64,000 bases of DNA from Dudresnaya verticillata (lineage: Eukaryota): contig OZ374559.1 in assembly GCA_977862235.1 (NCBI GenBank), forward strand, positions 2,604,001 to 2,668,000. Direction: 5' to 3'. Shown here one piece after another: positions 21,306-33,594 of the stretch. The position numbers and the translations under genes were made by a program. The number at the start of each line of letters is the position of its first letter. Positions within the stretch are counted from its first letter, which is position 1. The notes below the pieces were generated by a model. That model did no database searches. It was not told where the DNA came from and saw only the letters and a list, made by a program, of their open reading frames with translations.

Positions 21306-24083
21306 TTGGCGAAAACCCTGTTCCCGCCTACGCCCCTCGCCCCATTTAACCATTCCATCCGGCGCCCTCCCCTTCTCAAGCTCTCCACCCACGCCATCAC
21401 TAGCACCAACGCAACCCCCAACACCACCTCCTCTAGCCTGCAGCGAAAGCCCACCCCCACCATTCCCCCTCCGACCAACCCCTACTCACTTCCCGAACAA
21501 GCAATCTCCATACAGGCTTGGCACTCGGTCAACGCGGTCCCAATTGCGCCCTCATCGACTACAATGAACCCGTCGGCAACTGAACAGCCGCCGCATATCT
21601 ACACTGGCGCCAGCTTCACGCAAGCCCCCCCTGCGATGAAAGAAGCTAACCCCGCGCCAATGCCTTTGACGCAGCCTGCTCCAATGCATAATCCACTTGC
21701 ATTTCCCGCTCACCATGCTCACCATGCCCCGACCATGTTCATGTCGCCGTTCCACGGTTTCCCGCAAGCAATGCCGGCTTCTTCTGCGCCGATGTGGACT
21801 CCGGCTCGGCAGCAAGCACCGCAGCAAGCACCACAGCAAGCACCACAGCAAGCACCACAGCAAGCACCACAGCAAGCACCACAGCAAGCACCACAGCAAG
21901 CCACGCAAGTACCACAGCAAGCTCCACAGCAGTGGGCAAACGCCGCAGCCTTGGATCCAAACTCGCAGTGGAACCAAGCCGCAACCCCCGGTGTAACGAC
22001 TGGGCCCTATCACGGATTCGTGCCGACGTCCGATCCCATGCATGTGCAAGCCGGGTATGCCCATCCGTCAGCGTCAGCTGCTTTCGGGGCCCCGACTTCC
22101 TGGAACATCTATTCTGGTTATGCTTACGAGAATGACGCAACTATTCTCCCTGTGCATGCTGCAGAGCACTATCAGACAGATGCCTTTGCCGATTGTTATC
22201 GCAGTGCCAATTCGGGTGAAGCGGCAACACCCTACAATGCCTATGTCCCCATGCATCAGAACTATCAGAACTACAGCCTAAACCGCTTTGAAGGAAATGG
22301 CTACGGCACCGGAGAGGCCATGGTGGCATACGGTCCTGATCACTTCCAAGCGCAACAGGTCTCGCCCGTTTCTCAGCTGCTGGATGCCGTGACTGAGCCC
22401 ATTGGCACTACTTCGACATGTTCTAACCCCGGTTCAGGAGCTCACGTGTCAACGAACCAGGAGCCCTACCACGGTCTTCAAGTTCCCAAGGTGGACTTCT
22501 TCGGTAATGTCGCTGGTCAAGAGGGCAACTTCAACTGCAGAGGAGATGCAGACACAGGAACTTGCCGGTCTGCTGGCATCTTCGAAGATAAGAGTGTGAG
22601 AGTAAGTCAGCAGAGTATGGCAACTTCACATGTGGCATTGGATACAAGCAAAGGGGATGTGAATGTTGACCCCAAAGATATTTTGGAGCCAGTGCATCGA
22701 ACCGCTGATATCCGTGGCAAGACTTCTGTTTCTGTGTCGGACAAGGGGATTGCAGACCACCGTCAGCCGAGAGGTTTTGCTTCTGCAAAAAGGCAGCAGA
22801 AAAACCAGGCTCATAAGAAACAATCAATGAAGCCGGGGGCCTTGCAATTCGGAAACTTCATTGTGGAGAAGGTTCCTGGGTCCAGACCCTTCCGACGTGG
22901 GCGCTTTGACTTTTCAGCCTTCGAGGTTCATGGGCTTGGTAACAAAGAAACAGATTTGCGCACATCTCTTCGACGGAGTGCGGCTGTCGTATCTGACGCA
23001 AGCACAGCCAGGAAGAGGACTGGTAAGAAAAAGGTTAGAATGGGAAAGCAGGGAATGAATTCTTTCTCTTCCGACGCAACTGCGCCAGTCAATCACAAGA
23101 ACAAGTCTCATATGCTTTCAGTCTCGGAGAAGAACGAACGCGTTCAAGTTCCCGCTTCCGGTCAGAACTCTTCCCGACGTATCCAATCTACCTCGAGTCC
23201 TTCATCTGTACAGTTGGCAAAGGAGCCGAAGAAAGCTCATCTTAAGAAGCAGAACCTGAGAGTAGAAGGTGGCATCGATGCGGTTGAGAAACCCGCTCGA
23301 CTTCCAGGAGAATCCTGGGCTACGGTTGCCATGAAATTCCCTTCCGGTAGCTTCAGTCAGTCTGTATCGAATACTGCTGCTGCGAAGGGTGGTAGCGACA
23401 AGGATGCACCAAAGGTAGACACAATTTCACCTAGCGTGGCCCGAGTTCCGGGAAAGAGAGAGCATCAGAAACACGTCACTGTGCCTGACTCCGGAGCATC
23501 TGGTCAAATGAGCAGCTCGGAAGTAATGAATGAAATGCTGGCGAGTCTAGACATGACTGCTAACACCATCCACCACAGCGTCAGCACACTTCCAAGTAGC
23601 ACGGCTACTGCTCCGAAGCCCGAGAAATGTTCTGCACGCAGCAAAATTTCTGCCCCGTCGCAGAAGGAAGTCCCGGTTTCGCTGCAAGGAAACGAAGCAA
23701 CCAAGAGGGTCTCGGAAGTGGATCGAGCATATGTAGGGAAGAAGGGCAGTGACTGTCGTATAAGCGACACGAAGAAAGAAAGTCATTTTTTGGCTTCAGA
23801 TATGACTTCGAAGCTCTCCAAGGGTACTGGAAAAGTGTGCGCTCCTACCAAAAAGGCTGCTGTAGCCGCGGACGAGAAGAACTGTTATGCGGGAAGGAGC
23901 CTGCCCTTGGGTAGTGAACCTCAGAATGACGGAGTTAACTCCACCGTTTGTACCCCCACCGCTGCTGCCGAAGATGGATCCCGCCTTGCGGAGAAGAAAG
24001 GTCTTGCGAAGACTGATGGGGATGGTTTCACTATTGTCCAACGAAGGAGGAAGCCAATCAGGAATAGACATCCTAAAGCCTAA
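21306..24083 (+). CDS. Hypothetical disordered Q/P/A-rich protein, paralog B (likely start Met at about 21563)
   Basis: 925-aa ORF, inverted paralog of 7877-10369, with an expanded QQAP repeat. Confidence 0.75.
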   Translation: MAKTLFPPTPLAPFNHSIRRPPLLKLSTHAITSTNATPNTTSSSLQRKPTPTIPPPTNPYSLPEQAISIQAWHSVNAVPIAPSSTTMNPSATEQPPHIYTGASFTQAPPAMKEANPAPMPLTQPAPMHNPLAFPAHHAHHAPTMFMSPFHGFPQAMPASSAPMWTPARQQAPQQAPQQAPQQAPQQAPQQAPQQAPQQATQVPQQAPQQWANAAALDPNSQWNQAATPGVTTGPYHGFVPTSDPMHVQAGYAHPSASAAFGAPTSWNIYSGYAYENDATILPVHAAEHYQTDAFADCYRSANSGEAATPYNAYVPMHQNYQNYSLNRFEGNGYGTGEAMVAYGPDHFQAQQVSPVSQLLDAVTEPIGTTSTCSNPGSGAHVSTNQEPYHGLQVPKVDFFGNVAGQEGNFNCRGDADTGTCRSAGIFEDKSVRVSQQSMATSHVALDTSKGDVNVDPKDILEPVHRTADIRGKTSVSVSDKGIADHRQPRGFASAKRQQKNQAHKKQSMKPGALQFGNFIVEKVPGSRPFRRGRFDFSAFEVHGLGNKETDLRTSLRRSAAVVSDASTARKRTGKKKVRMGKQGMNSFSSDATAPVNHKNKSHMLSVSEKNERVQVPASGQNSSRRIQSTSSPSSVQLAKEPKKAHLKKQNLRVEGGIDAVEKPARLPGESWATVAMKFPSGSFSQSVSNTAAAKGGSDKDAPKVDTISPSVARVPGKREHQKHVTVPDSGASGQMSSSEVMNEMLASLDMTANTIHHSVSTLPSSTATAPKPEKCSARSKISAPSQKEVPVSLQGNEATKRVSEVDRAYVGKKGSDCRISDTKKESHFLASDMTSKLSKGTGKVCAPTKKAAVAADEKNCYAGRSLPLGSEPQNDGVNSTVCTPTAAAEDGSRLAEKKGLAKTDGDGFTIVQRRRKPIRNRHPKA
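21810..21930 (+). repeat. 12-bp coding minisatellite (CAGCAAGCACCA)n encoding QQAP
   Basis: About 7 near-perfect units plus variants, versus 2 in paralog A. Confidence 0.9.
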
Positions 24084-24184
24084 TTCTAACTTGGGAGAGA
24101 AGTAGGACGTTAATCATTCATGAACAAGAACTACGGAAAGCATGTTTGTCTGTACGGGATCCCTAGGGATGGAAGCCAATGGGC

Positions 24185-24405
24185 GGAAGAAGCTAGTCCA
24201 GATTCGGTCGTTGCTTCCCAAAGGGTTGGAGGGGTTCCAGTGCCATACTAAATAAGGAGAGTACGAAATTGCATTGAGAACCGTGTTTGCCGATGTCATT
24301 CCGTCTGACTTGAATCCTCTGTTGAATTCCTTCACCGCACCATCGGAAGAGAGCAAACAGAACCACCGGAAGTTCTCCAAAATTCTGTTCTCTAGCTTCA
24401 GTTAG
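24185..24405 (+). pseudogene. Degraded COR-domain fragment paralogous to the Roco gene at 62927-64000
   Basis: KLVQIRSLLPKGLEGFQCHTK*GEYEIALRTVFADVIP...LHRTIGREQTEPPEVLQNSV versus ELIGIPSLLPKGWEGFSCDTKNGESELILRTEFVDTIP...LHRTIGIERTKPPELRQDAV. Confidence 0.75.
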
Positions 24406-24461
24406 AGTGTTTGTCAAAGTGAGATTTTCAAAGTGTACACTTGTATGGGCAATATTTATTA

Positions 24462-24740
24462 TGTAGAGAGTTGTTAAAAACAGAACAAGTCGATAGCTTC
24501 AAGCTGTGAACTTGAAGCAGAACAAGCCGATAGCTTCAAGCCGTGAACAGTAGTGTTTAATATTGAATGTTGCGTGGTTCAAAGCCAGCCGTTCTGGATT
24601 GGCCGTGAACCGCTTTGTGCTCTCGAGATGAGCAGCAATACAGTAGTAGATAAAGGCTCTCTCTCCTCCGAGGGAAAGAGGAGAGAGGCAAGACTTTTTG
24701 AACAACAGAGTTGGAGTGCTAGGACGCGCCGGAGTTTACA
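24462..24740 (+). repeat. 5' LTR (279 bp)
   Basis: tgtagagag...ggagtttaca; internal 37-bp-period duplication cagaacaag.cgatagcttcaagc.gtgaac. Confidence 0.95.
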
Positions 24741-24816
24741 GAAATTTCTGTGTCTACACCTGCAGGGGACACGCTCGTGTGCTGCGCATTCAGTCTGTCA
24801 AGTCTTCCTTCTAACC

Positions 24817-27800
24817 ATGGCACCCAAAACCCGGCATGGTGGCGAATACGTCGACGCACCTGCTTCGTCAAGTGCATTATTCGCACCAGTGCAACACCCG
24901 GTACTTCGGAGTGTCGATCCTCAAAAGGTCGCTGTATTTCTCCGAGAGAGGGAGCGTTATGTCGATGAGGTGATGGAGAAGAAGAAAGAAGTACCGTCTA
25001 TGTCTGTTGCTTCCTTTAAAGTTTCAGTCGATAGAAGCCTATTGAAGACGCTTCATGGTCTTGGAGAATTGGAAGAGGTCGCAGAGGGTGTTCAGTTTGC
25101 CGACCTTACCGCTGAAAACATTGAGGCATATGTCACTAACATTGTTGCCGAGAAGGCAGATACTGAGATTGACCCTAGGGTCATAGAAGAAGCACTCAAG
25201 GGGGTACGGATGCCGATGTCTATCTCGGATCCAAAGGCACGTGTGTTACAATACGTGCATAATATTTTTGAGCGTCTAGAAGGGGTTGGATACGGTAACT
25301 TCAAGGACCGGAACCCGAAGAAGACAGTCAAGCTGCTCCAGGAACACTTGGCGCCGGCTTCGTTGAAAGCGGCAATGAGTTCCCAGCTGGAGTACCAACC
25401 GGGCCTGGCCAAGAATGTTAATGGCTATGTTGCTCAGCTGCGAAAGGAGGCAGTAATCCAAGCTCGTCTTCAGGCCCACAGGGCACATGAGGACAAAGAT
25501 TTGCCTGACGCAGGCAAGAGCTCTAATGGTACCCGAAATCAAAAGGGGAAGAATGGGTCTCAGTCTTCCCATAATAATGGCAATACAAAAGGTCTTGCGG
25601 ATAAGGGAAAATCTTCTGACCTGCTGTGTTTGAACCGGACTTGCAAAGCTAAGGGAGTACACCACAAGGGCGGTGTAAAACACTGCCCAGATACGAGTCA
25701 TAACAGAGCTAAAGAGCTGATTCGTGAATTTAAGGATTCCCGTAAGGCTGGTGCAAAACAGGTAGCGATATCTAAGCTGCATAAGGAAAGTGACGCGGCA
25801 ATCTCTACTATGATGGGTCTCAGGTTTGGGGGAAGGTTGTACGAAGGCTGTGTGCGGATGGAGGTTCGGACATAAACCTATTACCTCGCGCGGTCTTTCT
25901 TGAACTGCTGGAGAAGAGAGCAACGATGACTGTGAAGGAGTATAGCACTCCCCGTCGGTTTTCCCTAGCAGCTTCAGAGCTGTTTGTATCTTGCGACCGT
26001 GAAATACCGCTGAATACGGAACTTCACATACGCCATGGAAAGTCTTTGCTGATAAGAAATCTGCGCTGGGTGGTTGCTGTTGAAAATGTTAACGAACCAC
26101 TACTGGGCAGACCTATCCAAGAGGCGTTAGGTCTTGACACCAAGCGTATATTGGCCGCTGCTTGTGACCGATACCGTGGTGAAGTGGATGCTACAGATGT
26201 CATGGGAGAAGACTATCCGGCAGGCTCTATTGCACGGATTCTCTCATCAGGTCTTTATCACTCGGACACCCCTGTTGATGGGGATGATGTTTCAGATATC
26301 TCAAAGCAGAGGCCTGAATAGGGCATAGATAGACAAGAAGAATTAGAAGCGGCTCTCAAGGCGATGATATCGACTGCAGTGGAAAATGGAATATCAGCGA
26401 CTGGTGCCCAACAGCTCAAGAAACTTCTCCGGGCGTTCGAAGACGTGTTTCGGGTTCGATTGGGACCCGGCCCTCCTGCTAAGGTTGATCCCATGCGTAT
26501 ATCTATCAAACCAGATTCTATCCCTTACCGTACCAAGGTTAGACGCTATCCTTCGGAGCAGCGGGATTACATGAAGCGCCTTGTGGATACTCTTGTTCAG
26601 TTTGGTATGGCAGAGCCTAATAAGGAAGCAGAATGGACCTCTCCCCCTCTTCTCGTGCCTAAACCTGGCACGCAGAAGTATCGCCTTACTTTTGACTTAC
26701 GGTGGGTGAATCAGTGTACTCAGCCCATGGCGTGGCCGATGCCACATATCCAGTCCGAACTTCTCGACTTTGCAGGCAGTCGCTGCTTTGCAAGTATCGA
26801 TTTTTGCGCAGGCTACTGGCAGATGCCATTGCACAAGGACAGTCAAGGGTTTCATAGTTTCGTTACACCCACTGGTGTATACAAACCTACCAGGACACTG
26901 CAAGGAGGAATGAACGCGGTCCAGAATTTTCAGTCCCGCGTCGAACCGTGCTTTAAAAGTATGGGAACAGCTGTCAAGGCCTGGTTAGATGATTTTGGCG
27001 TGCATTCAGATTCAGAAGAAGGTCTGCTGTTGCAGCTACGGAAATTCTTTCGCATTTGCGAGGAACGTAATCTGAAGATATCTGCCAGCGAGGAACGTAA
27101 TCTGAAGATATCTGCCAAGAAGACCGTCCTATTTGACAAGAAGCTGCAGTGGTGCGGGTATTTTATAGATTCTGATGGCGTACGATGTGACCCTCGGCGA
27201 GTCAGTGGGCTAAAAGGGGGATTTTATCCAGTTACAGCTGCAGAATTGTCACAGTTCATCAATTTCTTGCAGTGGATGTCTACGTTCATACCGGATTTTG
27301 CTAGCCGTGTGGCTCCGTTAAGAAACATTCTGGAGGATGCATATACAAGGTCAGGGAAACAGACTTCGCGCTCGATACGAGGTATAAGACTTTCATCGCT
27401 GTCCTGGGGCCCTATACATGCGAATGCGTTCGATGATTTGCAGGAACAACTTCGTACCGCGGTCAAACTCGCCCATCGCGACCAGTCGCAGACTTTATGT
27501 ATTTTTTCGGATGCATCGGATGAGCATTGGGCTGCAGTTGTCGCACAATGTGACGCCGGCCGTCTAAATCTCCCAATAGAGGAGCAGAAACACCAACCAC
27601 TGGCTTTCTTGGGATCTGCTTTTAACGAAACACAGCAGCATTGGAGTACATTTGAACAGGAGGCCTATGCGATATTCCAGGCTTTTGAGAAAATGGACTA
27701 CATGCTTGCGTGTGAGTCTAACATACACCTCTTTACAGATCACAGAAACCTACTGTTTGTTTACAACCCTTTGGCCTTGAAGCCAATGTTGGGCAGGCAC

Positions 27801-28396
27801 ATTGTTAACAAAGTGCAGAGGTGGGCGCTATTTCTTTCACGGTTTATGTACACCATTGAGCATATTGATGGGGAGCGTAATATCCTTGCAGATTTAATGA
27901 CACGGTGGTACGCAGGTTACCGAGGAAAACGTAAGATGGCTCGAATAGTTACAAGTCTGTTGGCCGAGGAGGACCTGGTCAGGTCCCCTTACGACAAAGA
28001 TTTTGTTGGACCTTCTTTAGAAATGGTACGGGAATCTCAAGGCCGTGCAGAGCAGGTCGAGCGTCCTAATGACCTATCGTACAATCAAGATGATGGAATG
28101 TGGCGAAAAAACGACCGCCTATGGATTCCATCGTCGGATATTGACCTACAGATGAAACTACTAGTCCTTGCACACTGTGGCTCTGCAGGACATCGCGGAG
28201 TTGATTCAACGGCGAGTATTCTGAAGGAGCAGTATATCTGGGAGTCCATGGATGACGATGTCCATGAGTTCGTTTCTAATTGTTTACATTGTATCATTGC
28301 GAAGAGTGGTCATCGTATACCGAGACCAATTTCACTTACCCTTCATGCTACTGCTCCAAATGAAGTCGTGCACTTCGATTTCCTCTTCATGGGTAT
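24817..28396 (+). pseudogene. Gypsy gag-pol, 5' part (gag, aspartic protease, RT, RNase H, integrase HHCC and first Asp)
   Basis: Protease LCADGGSDINL after a frame break at about 25845; in-frame TAG at 26319-26321; RT SPPLLVPKPG..YRLTFDLR, IDFCAGYWQ, WLDD; RNase H FSDASD, FTDHRNL, N.LADLMTR; integrase H...GH...C..C and HFDF. Confidence 0.92.
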
Positions 28397-30154
28397 CACC
28401 ACGGGGTAAAAGTAGGGCTATTTCTGTATTTTTGTACATTACTAATGTGTATATTCGTAGATTTGCGGCATTTCTCTAAATTTATGTATACCTTAACTAA
28501 ACAATTTGTACATTCTGCATATCTGAAATAGAGCTGCACCATCGCGTAATAGACATACTCTTCGAAAACTGAAGATATGTGTTATACAACGTGGTGTTGT
28601 CCGATACACATCTGCAAGTTTTCAACATTTGGGACTTGTGCAGAACTGACGCAGACCTGTGCAGGTCTATGTCAGTTCTGCACAAGTTGGGAAGGCAGTT
28701 CTGCTTTGACAAGATGCATTACTATATAATCTGCAACTGTAGAGATATATAAAGTACATAGTGGCAACATGTAAGTAACATGGCATTGGTTCCGGACTCA
28801 ATGGAGAGTCTGCTGCCGCAACCACGAGCGTGGGTGCGGCAGCAGACTCTCCTTCGAGCCCGGAACCGAGACGATGACGGCGCCGTCCCAAATGGGTGCG
28901 CGGTGGGGCGTCAGCAATCTCTTTTGGGGTGGTTGGGTGCTTGCCCCCGTTTCTCAACGTACAAAACGCACTCCTCCTCCTCCCCCTCATTTGGTAGCTG
29001 CTCAGCAAGGTACCTCTCTATCTCTACGCGCTGAACTCTCTCTCGCTCTGTCTGACCTGCGCGCGCGCTCGCTCTCTCCCCTCCATCTCGAGCCTGCGCA
29101 CCCGCTATAGACGCACGGAGCGCATCGCGCGCCCGCAGTTCTACCCAACGCCAGTCTCAAATGTTTCGCAGCCGCAGCCATCACCGCGGTGCCGCGGCAG
29201 TTCCCAACACCTCCTTAGCCCATGTGCACATGGCAACCCAGTCCCCTTCGGGGAGCACCTATTTTCACGAAAACACTCCACCTCCTGGTGGTATCTCTGT
29301 GCGCGAGGGTGAGATAAGTAAGCCTGTTGGAGAGGTTGCGCGAGTCGCAACGACGGCATCTTTGGTGCCAGTCCGAGACCGTGGACTACTCGGCCCGCAT
29401 CGAGTGATGATGCCTAGGCATCTTGCAGCTGCAAGATGATGCCCACGTTACTGTTACTGGCCAGTCGCCCGAGCGGAGCTCTCGAGTGCGTTGGACTATT
29501 GAACCCGCAGACATATTGTTGCAACAATACTGCGATTTATGATACCATATCCCGACCCACAAGCGCGTTTTGCCTTCCCTATCCAGGATACCAGTAAACC
29601 ATCGATTGCTCCAACCCGCCCACACCTTCCCAGCTGGGTGGCGGGTGAACGGGATGGCGGCAGGATGTGCGCGGTGGGGTGTACAGGTATGTCACCAGGA
29701 ACACTTGTCTCAAAACAGACCACTGTCAATAAAGTTCGACATGGTCTGCCAAGATCAAACGAAACATTGAAGACATGGAGACGGGCGGGCAGTGAGCACC
29801 ACCCGCGAGGCGCAAAGTTCGTCGCCAAAAGATGGTTTGGGGGAGGGAGGTGTTCTGTTATGGGAGAGTTGTTTACCCGCTGCAGAACGGCTGGTCGCAG
29901 CCACGAACAGCTTCATTGCACTGAGTGGTTATCAGCGCTACCAACGCACATTGTGAATGCTGTCACCGTCTCTCCGTCTAGGCATCGTTTGACCAGTACA
30001 AGAGCTCGAGATCTTGATTATTGTACAAATATAAACCTAGAGTTGAATAGAATGAGTGCAGTACGTACTTTTGAACATAATTCAACAGCACCTGTACAAG
30101 ATTCGAGGCTACATGACGACTGGAACAAAACTACACTTATGCACTGAGCATCTT

Positions 30155-33100
30155 TCATGCTGCGTGGCGCCTTCTGTAACCAGATGAAGTAACGTTTTCG
30201 TCCCAAACGACCCAGTTCGCGTTTGTCGGAGTCTGAGCACCACCAGTTGCCCGGCCGGAGAACCATGGGTATTTGAAAACGCATCCACCATCCCTGTAGA
30301 ACTGAAGTAAACCGTGTGTGTTGGATTCGAAGCGATCATTGCCTCTCTTCAAAAACACGGAATCCTGCCCATGTACACTCATCCCTTGGCTCAGAGCATA
30401 TGTTTTCGGAAGCCCTTTCCCTGCAGCCACTTTTTTTCCTCACTAGAAGGATAAGCGATGGCTAAATCTCCGCGGACGAACAAAAGGCTGTAGGGAGGTA
30501 CCAGAACCAGTCGCGAGGGTAGGGACTTTTGTAGTGCAGCTCGTGAGGTTGCACTCTTGATGTTCCCATAGATGTGCGAATGTGGCCAAATTCTCAGCGC
30601 AAAGGGCTGATATGCAGTGAAGAAGACACTAAGATTAAGCAACTCTGGAGGAACTGCATACTTCTTCAAAGGTTCAGTGGTCCACTGGTAGTCGAGGTGT
30701 TCACTTGGCCTGACATCTGAGGTTTCTTGATGAGAACTATGGGCGCTACTCCACCCTGGTTCCGGTTGCATGAACCTTGTATGCGGGCCCGTTTCCTTGA
30801 AAGAATCTCCTGTTTTCACCAGACGGGACCCTTGTAAAGGCATATACAGGGGGCGTTCCGCCGTCTGCACATCCATGTTTTCGAGGTATCGAGCGATGAA
30901 GCAGTCTAAACGACATTTCTCTGCGAACGCCATCGCGGAAGATGCACCCTCATCGGGAGCCGAGTTTTATGCTTCCTGTTGCATGTGCAATGATGAAAAC
31001 TCGAAAGTGCAACTTTGCAGGTACGTTTTGCCGGATCCTGTATGCCCTCCCTCTGATGTTGCATGAACTTTGTCTGTCAATAGATTACCGACAGCATTCC
31101 ATGCCCTGCTTCTGCCTCTTGTGCACTGATGCAGGTCGAACCTGCTTGTCGCGTACTCGAAAACGGTACTTATTCTAGACTTCAGCTTATTCCTAAATCC
31201 CCTGCCCAGTACCCCCGCATCGAGTGCGAAACCTGTGGACTCGAGTCTCCCGGACATGATCAGAAAATGTGTCTGGGCAGCAATACCCAGGTTGCCTAGC
31301 ACTTCTGGTCTTTCAACCGTATCTGCTGTTACGCCATTAACTTCGCAATCAGCCCGTCTCGTTTCTAGTATGTTCAGGTCTGTCTCGACAACATCACCCC
31401 AATTCATGAACTTGTAGAACCGCGACTCCTTCCGCACTGCAACTGGAAGGGAATCGACAGTGCGCGACCTCAGGTCATCGCGTGATGCCCAGTATCGTTC
31501 TGGTTCCATCATAATGCCATTCTTCGCTGCCCATTGACTTTGCATGTCATGATATTCCTGAAACATTTTAGTCTGCTCAGAAGGGCTTTGTCGCAATTCA
31601 ACCAGGACAGAACCAGCACTGACGTCTTCTAAGTTATCCAAGTCGTTGTGTTCACTTCCAGAGTCTTCTTCAATATCATCCCGTTCTTCCCTTGGCGCTA
31701 TCCGACGGCGTTTTGTCACTGCCAAAGGTGATTGGGGAGGGGATGGTGCATCATCGTCATACATGACAGAGTCAGTGAGCTTATAAGCTAATGAATTCAT
31801 TACGAGATGAGGGTCTGGGGAAGCACTTTAGCGTTTGCGATATTCGCCCTCCCCGCGCGAAGAATTGTTCAACTTGTGCGAATTACAATCTCGTGGAGCA
31901 ATACCAGGTTTGCTAGACCGGAGCTTTAGCCTGTCTGCTGCCTGTGAGGGGCCCCTCGGAGCTTCCACCTCTCCAGCTTTGATACCGCAGCGATGCGTGG
32001 CTGACCGGCCGCGATATCCACGCGACCGGTCCTGAACAGCCTCTCTTTGTCGCACGGCAACGGTCTGGATGTCGGAAAGTCGCTGCTCACCCAAATCAAC
32101 ATCAAGAGTTCTATTTGTCCCACTTCTTGGATGCGTTCTCAGCGGCCGCTGAGTCATTTCCCTTGTTCGATTCCACCGAAAATCAATATCTGAAGAGGCA
32201 TGCGCTTTTGACACTCTCCCGTCTACGGGACTTCCGCTTCTTGAAGGCCTTATGTCGTCAGAAAACGTACTACAGTTGTCCAGTGCTGTCCTTTCAGGCA
32301 ACTCCAAAGCCCTCTTAGAAAGATCACCGGACGAAGGATCCTTCACGTTGCGAAAACGGAAACTGCGTACTCCATTTGACATGTTTGGATCTGACCTCCT
32401 CCCAGTGCCAGCTGTGGATCCAATCTCATGAGGTGAAGCCTTGGCGCCACCATCTTCTTCAAGAGCTAAACCTGCTTTCTCTACAACTTTGGTACCTCTT
32501 TCTCTACCAGGCGATTTTCCAGGGGTATCGGTTTCGCAGTCCACTGCATCCTCTTCTACGACAGTTGCATCTGCGGGTGTGGCATCTTCGTCTTCAAGGT
32601 TGCTACTTTCTCCATTGTCAATTATCAAATGCAGACGTTGCAGTTTCTGAAGCTCTTCTTTAAGGGGAAGTTCTTCCAATGAACCACGCTTATAAGCTTG
32701 CTTGGGCTTTGGTTCGCTTTCCGATAAAAGTTTGGCGGCGCACTTCATCAATACCTTTTTGTCGCGCTCAAGAAATTCTGTTTGATGGGGCACATTAAGA
32801 CGCCGGGCCTTGGCTTTGTCCTGCAGAAACGTCCTTTTCCGGCACAGATGCGCTATTACCCCACAAAGACCCGCAGGGACCGTTTCTTTCTCGATCTTTG
32901 CCTGCCCACAATACCATACCGAATTAGGTACTGGTTCATTCCGTGAAGCGTGCTTCAAGCACCTGGTAGCTGATGCAGTCAGCAAGCGAACATATCTGAC
33001 GAAAGAAGAAATATCATCGGTATCCCACACAGTCCGCCTTTTTATCACGCCCACCTCGTAGAAATACCTGGAGTTAGCTGATAGTGGGCAAGCAGTCATG

Positions 33101-33594
33101 TCAACTGGCGCGCAGGCCAAAAACACGTCGTGAGTCAGCATCTTGTAAACCAAGCCACGGCCATTCTTCACCTCACAGAGAAAGCAAAAAGTGTTGAAGG
33201 CAGGCATGGTCTGAGTACCTAGCATCGAATGCGCTAACTTGAGGTACATTACTCTTGTCGAGCGCTGCAGATCACTAAAGTTTAGCGACGTGCTGCCATC
33301 ATCGCTTTCGTATAACATGCACTCCTTTTCTTTCCGTATTCCCTCGAACAACTTGTCTTTCCCCTTCCTGATAGAATCGGAACGAGTGAACCCATTGTCC
33401 TCAAGATAGCTGCGGAGATGAGTTACAATAAGTTTCTTGGCAGGGCCGACGGCATGGCTCGGCATGCGATTCATATCTTCAATTGCACGGAAATCCTTGA
33501 ATGTGTACACTCCGAAGTCGGGTTCGTCCCCGAGCAACGCGGACCTAGGTCCGAGCGGCCTTGGGTTCAGGAGATAACGTGGAACGATTCGCAA
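30155..33594 (-). pseudogene. Large (about 1100 aa) transposon cargo gene with C-terminal degenerate 2OG-Fe(II) dioxygenase-like domain
   Basis: ORFs 31828-33594, 30967-31800 and 30391-30933 are in one frame, separated by single TAA stops; frameshift at the T8 run near 30430; C-terminus is paralogous to 37766-38583. Confidence 0.7.

Noticed and set aside
28395..28411. 17-bp TIR including the AT, with no TSD
   Set aside because: The integrase frame is restored only if one AT is kept, so AT is the duplicated target and the TIR is 15 bp.
30690..30705. HLD in ORF 30391-30933 as the iron-binding HxD motif
   Set aside because: Alignment with the paralog places HSD against HTR upstream; HLD falls in an insertion.
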